A model generated the notes under the pieces. The model did no database searches. It saw only the letters and a list, made by a program, of their open reading frames with translations, and was not told where the DNA came from. Below are positions 61,301 to 64,000 of a DNA stretch of 64,000 nucleotides, one piece after another. The number at the start of each line of letters is the position of its first letter. Within the stretch, counting starts at the first letter, position 1. This DNA is from Camelus dromedarius (Eukaryota): the NCBI RefSeq assembly GCF_036321535.1, contig NC_087438.1, positions 1,304,001 through 1,368,000 on the forward strand, written 5' to 3'. A program made the translations under genes and the position numbers.

Positions 61301-62949
61301 AATTTGATGGCACATAGACAATATATTGAATGTAAACACAGGCACACAATATACTGCACTTTTTTTTCATTTACGTACGTGTACTGTTGACTGTTTCTAA
61401 GAACAGTTTAGAGCTTTAGCTTTCTAAACTTCCTGTCATCAAAGGACTCAAAGCTGAATTTAATGACTGGTTCTGACACATCGCACCGGTTGTTTGGGGA
61501 AAAGTAATGGGAAAACCAAGTTATGGATTCTGGCAAATGACTCGAACATTCGGGGTTTAGGAAAGCACCACGAGAGACCCAGCCCCTGCCCCTTGTGCCT
61601 CTGGTGCACCTCGGGGAGAAGCGTGGGCCACGGCGTCGGCGCTGATCCACACCTGTCGTCGGCTTACCTGGGAGGAGGTGCTGCTGCCCAGGCAGCCTCT
61701 AACTATCCGTCCAGCTTTGGGAAAAGGAGGCTGTGACTGAAGAGGAAAGGACGTGGAGGCCTCAGGACACTCAAGTGCTGTGAGGCAGAAGTGCACGGTC
61801 ACCGACGGTGCTTAACTGTCGACGGCGATTCACCAGCCAGAAGAGAGGGCTCCAGACGCAGCCTCTTCCACGATCTACACAGCGGGTGGCAAAGGGCCTG
61901 TTCAACGCCTTTACGAGAAGTTTCCTTCAGCCTGTTAGGGGGAGGCGCGCAGGACGCGCGGGGGCTTTCTCTCCCTTCTGACGTGGGTTATGCCGGGAAA
62001 TAAGCAGTGCGGTACGAGCAGCCTCCCCTCCCCTTCATTTTCGCCATCCTTTGCACCGAGACGAAGGACAGGACAGACACCAGCAGTGGACCCTTCGCTC
62101 CACTGGAGTCCAGGTGGGGCTTCGGTGCCTGCCGGGAACGTGGCCAAGGCTGAAGGTTTTGCAGTTCCAGCTCGGAAGTGGCCACATCCGTCTTCTCCTC
62201 CTAATACAGAGGCCATGGACGCCAGCCGAGCTCGGACACCTCAGGGATGAGGGCGCCGACGCCAGCTCAGCGCAGGTCCCCTGGGGCCTCAGGGGCCGCG
62301 CCCCGCGCGCCTCCTGCGTTCATCGCTAAAGCCCTGTCTGGGCGGCCCGCGTGGCTCACACCCGCCTTGTTCAACGGCCAGCTGTGGTCACCTTCTGTCA
62401 CTCTGCTAATCTGTGGCCTCACCCGCCACTCTGCTGGCTCAAAGGTGACCGACCCCCTTTCTGTGGAAAAGTGAGCGGTCGGGCAGCCGTCGAGGGTCCA
62501 CTGACGCACTCGGTGTTTGTCTCTAGTATTTGGGACCGTTTTGCACGCAAACCCCTTGCTGGAGATGCCTGTGTTGTTGTTGTTGTTGTTTTTTTTTTAA
62601 ATAGTCCACCTTGATAAAAACCCATAATATCAAGTGACTGGCTGCCTCACTAACGCGCGGTTTGGACGTCAATTCAAAATTTGAAATCAGAAGACATATT
62701 CTTTTTATTCAATGTAAATTAAAATGTTGGCTTTCCATGCTATGATTGCTGTTTTGTTCCTAAAAGCATAGACTAAATTCATAGTTTATTTTAATTGGGC
62801 ACATAAAAAATTAAAGAAAGGCTGAACAAATTACATCATAGTTAGCTGGTCTGTAAAAGCTTTTCCACCTGATTAATACATTAAAAAAGTAGAATTACAG
62901 TTATGAAAATGTGTGTGTGTGAGAGTGTGTCTGTGGGTCACATTTTTAA

Positions 62950-63145
62950 CAGGAGGTGTCTCAGTGTGTGGGTCAGGGGTCACCAACATGGAAGCCAGGG
63001 GCTGTCGTGGGGAGCAGACGCCTGGGTCCCTCCCAGGCCTCCTGAAGCAGAACTTCAGCGGGTGGTGGTGAGCTTAGGACATTCATTTTTAGTGAGCTGT
63101 GAAGATGAGATGGGCGGTCTTTGCATTCTGAGGACGACTACTGCA
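62950..63145. mobile_element. MER5A-like hAT-Charlie MITE
   Basis: gtctcagtgtgtggg...gcagacgcctgggtccctcccaggcctcctgaagcagaact...cattcatttttagtgagc...ctgaggacgactactg follows the MER5A layout. About 190 bp. Confidence 0.5.
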
Positions 63146-63729
63146 CACCACGGGGGCTGCTGGCCCAAGGTTTTGTCTCATTGGGATGCACGAGATTGCA
63201 CTTGTTCCAGAGAAGTGAGGAGCCACCAAAAAAGACACCTAAACAGAACCTGCAGTCCCGTGATTGGAGTTTGGCATTTTTTCAATGTAGGACCTTTTCA
63301 GTTAAGGGGCCTTTGTACCCTCGTGGTCACGGGTGTCCTCTCTCAAATGGCACCCTGGCTTGTCAGCATTCTTCCTTTGGGGCCCCTGGGACCTGGGGTG
63401 TCACTTGGCCTCTTGATGATGCTGACAGTCCTCTGTTAGCCAAGGATTAAAACAAACCCGTGCTGAATATCCAGCTGGAAAACGTTTCAGTGGGATTAGA
63501 TTCAGAGGCGCGTCACTGAGGGTGAGGTCACACCTTCACTGAGGTCACACCATCATTGAATTCACTGACGAGGATATTGAAGGGAACAAGATGACAGCAT
63601 CCTGGAGCCTCTGGAGCTACAGTTCGGCAAATTCTCCGTGCTCTGTCCTCTCCTGGGGGAGCCTTCTCTGACTGTATTTCTCAGCAGACCAACATTTCTC
63701 TGTTTGGCTGGTGAGGGTCTCCCTGGAGC

Positions 63730-64000
63730 CCTGGACAAATCTTTGGCTGACGTCCACATGGACCCTGGCGATGGCAAGTGTCATTTTGGACCCCCCCCCC
63801 CATATCAGCTCCTTCAGGACCCCGCCCTGCCCATCTACCAGCCTGTAGGAACCAGCGCTGACCAATCGACTAACCAGGCAGGGACACAGCTCCCCCACCC
63901 GTGGGCGGCCCCCAGCCCCAGAATCCCTGTCCCTGCTCACAGTGAGCCTGCTCTAGACTTGGGATCCGCCTCCCCGACCAGTGGGGACACAGCCCTCCCA
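63730..64000 (+). mobile_element. Cetartiodactyl L1 5' UTR-like sequence running off the window end
   Basis: ccacatggaccctggcgatggcaagtgtcattttgga...ggaccccgccctgccc...ccagcctgtaggaaccagcgctg...actaaccaggcagggacacagc resembles the 5' region of cetartiodactyl L1s as I recall it. Confidence 0.55.

Noticed and set aside
63512..63551. Repeated AGGTCA half-sites as a nuclear-receptor element
   Set aside because: The 11-bp spacing is non-canonical and is explained by a small local duplication (tgaggtcacacc twice).

Overview
This is 64 kb of GC-rich mammalian genomic DNA, most likely from a camelid (camel, alpaca or llama). The species call rests on a tRNA-derived SINE at ~40.2-40.35 kb that matches my recollection of the camelid Vic-1 family, plus cetartiodactyl-type L1 ends. 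I could not recognise any host protein-coding exon, RNA gene or CRISPR array. The ORF track is explained by GC-rich chance ORFs, simple-repeat ORFs and two LINE-derived remnants. The window reads as a gene desert or very large intron with four components: (1) old, strongly GC-shifted transposon fossils (L1M, HAL1-like, L2, MLT1, MER58, MER5, MER31/67-like); (2) a few younger retro-insertions with visible target-site duplications (TSDs), including a clear 5'-inverted (twin-primed) L1; (3) simple and tandem repeats, including a G-run VNTR; (4) about ten AT-rich, non-repetitive islands rich in homeodomain, PBX-HOX, MEIS and FOX motifs that look like conserved developmental enhancers. Repeat family names come from remembered consensus sequences, not a database search. 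Enhancer calls are motif-based inference. I found no convincing evidence of a previously undescribed biological system. The best leads are the putative enhancer cluster and a candidate 30-nt micro-exon.
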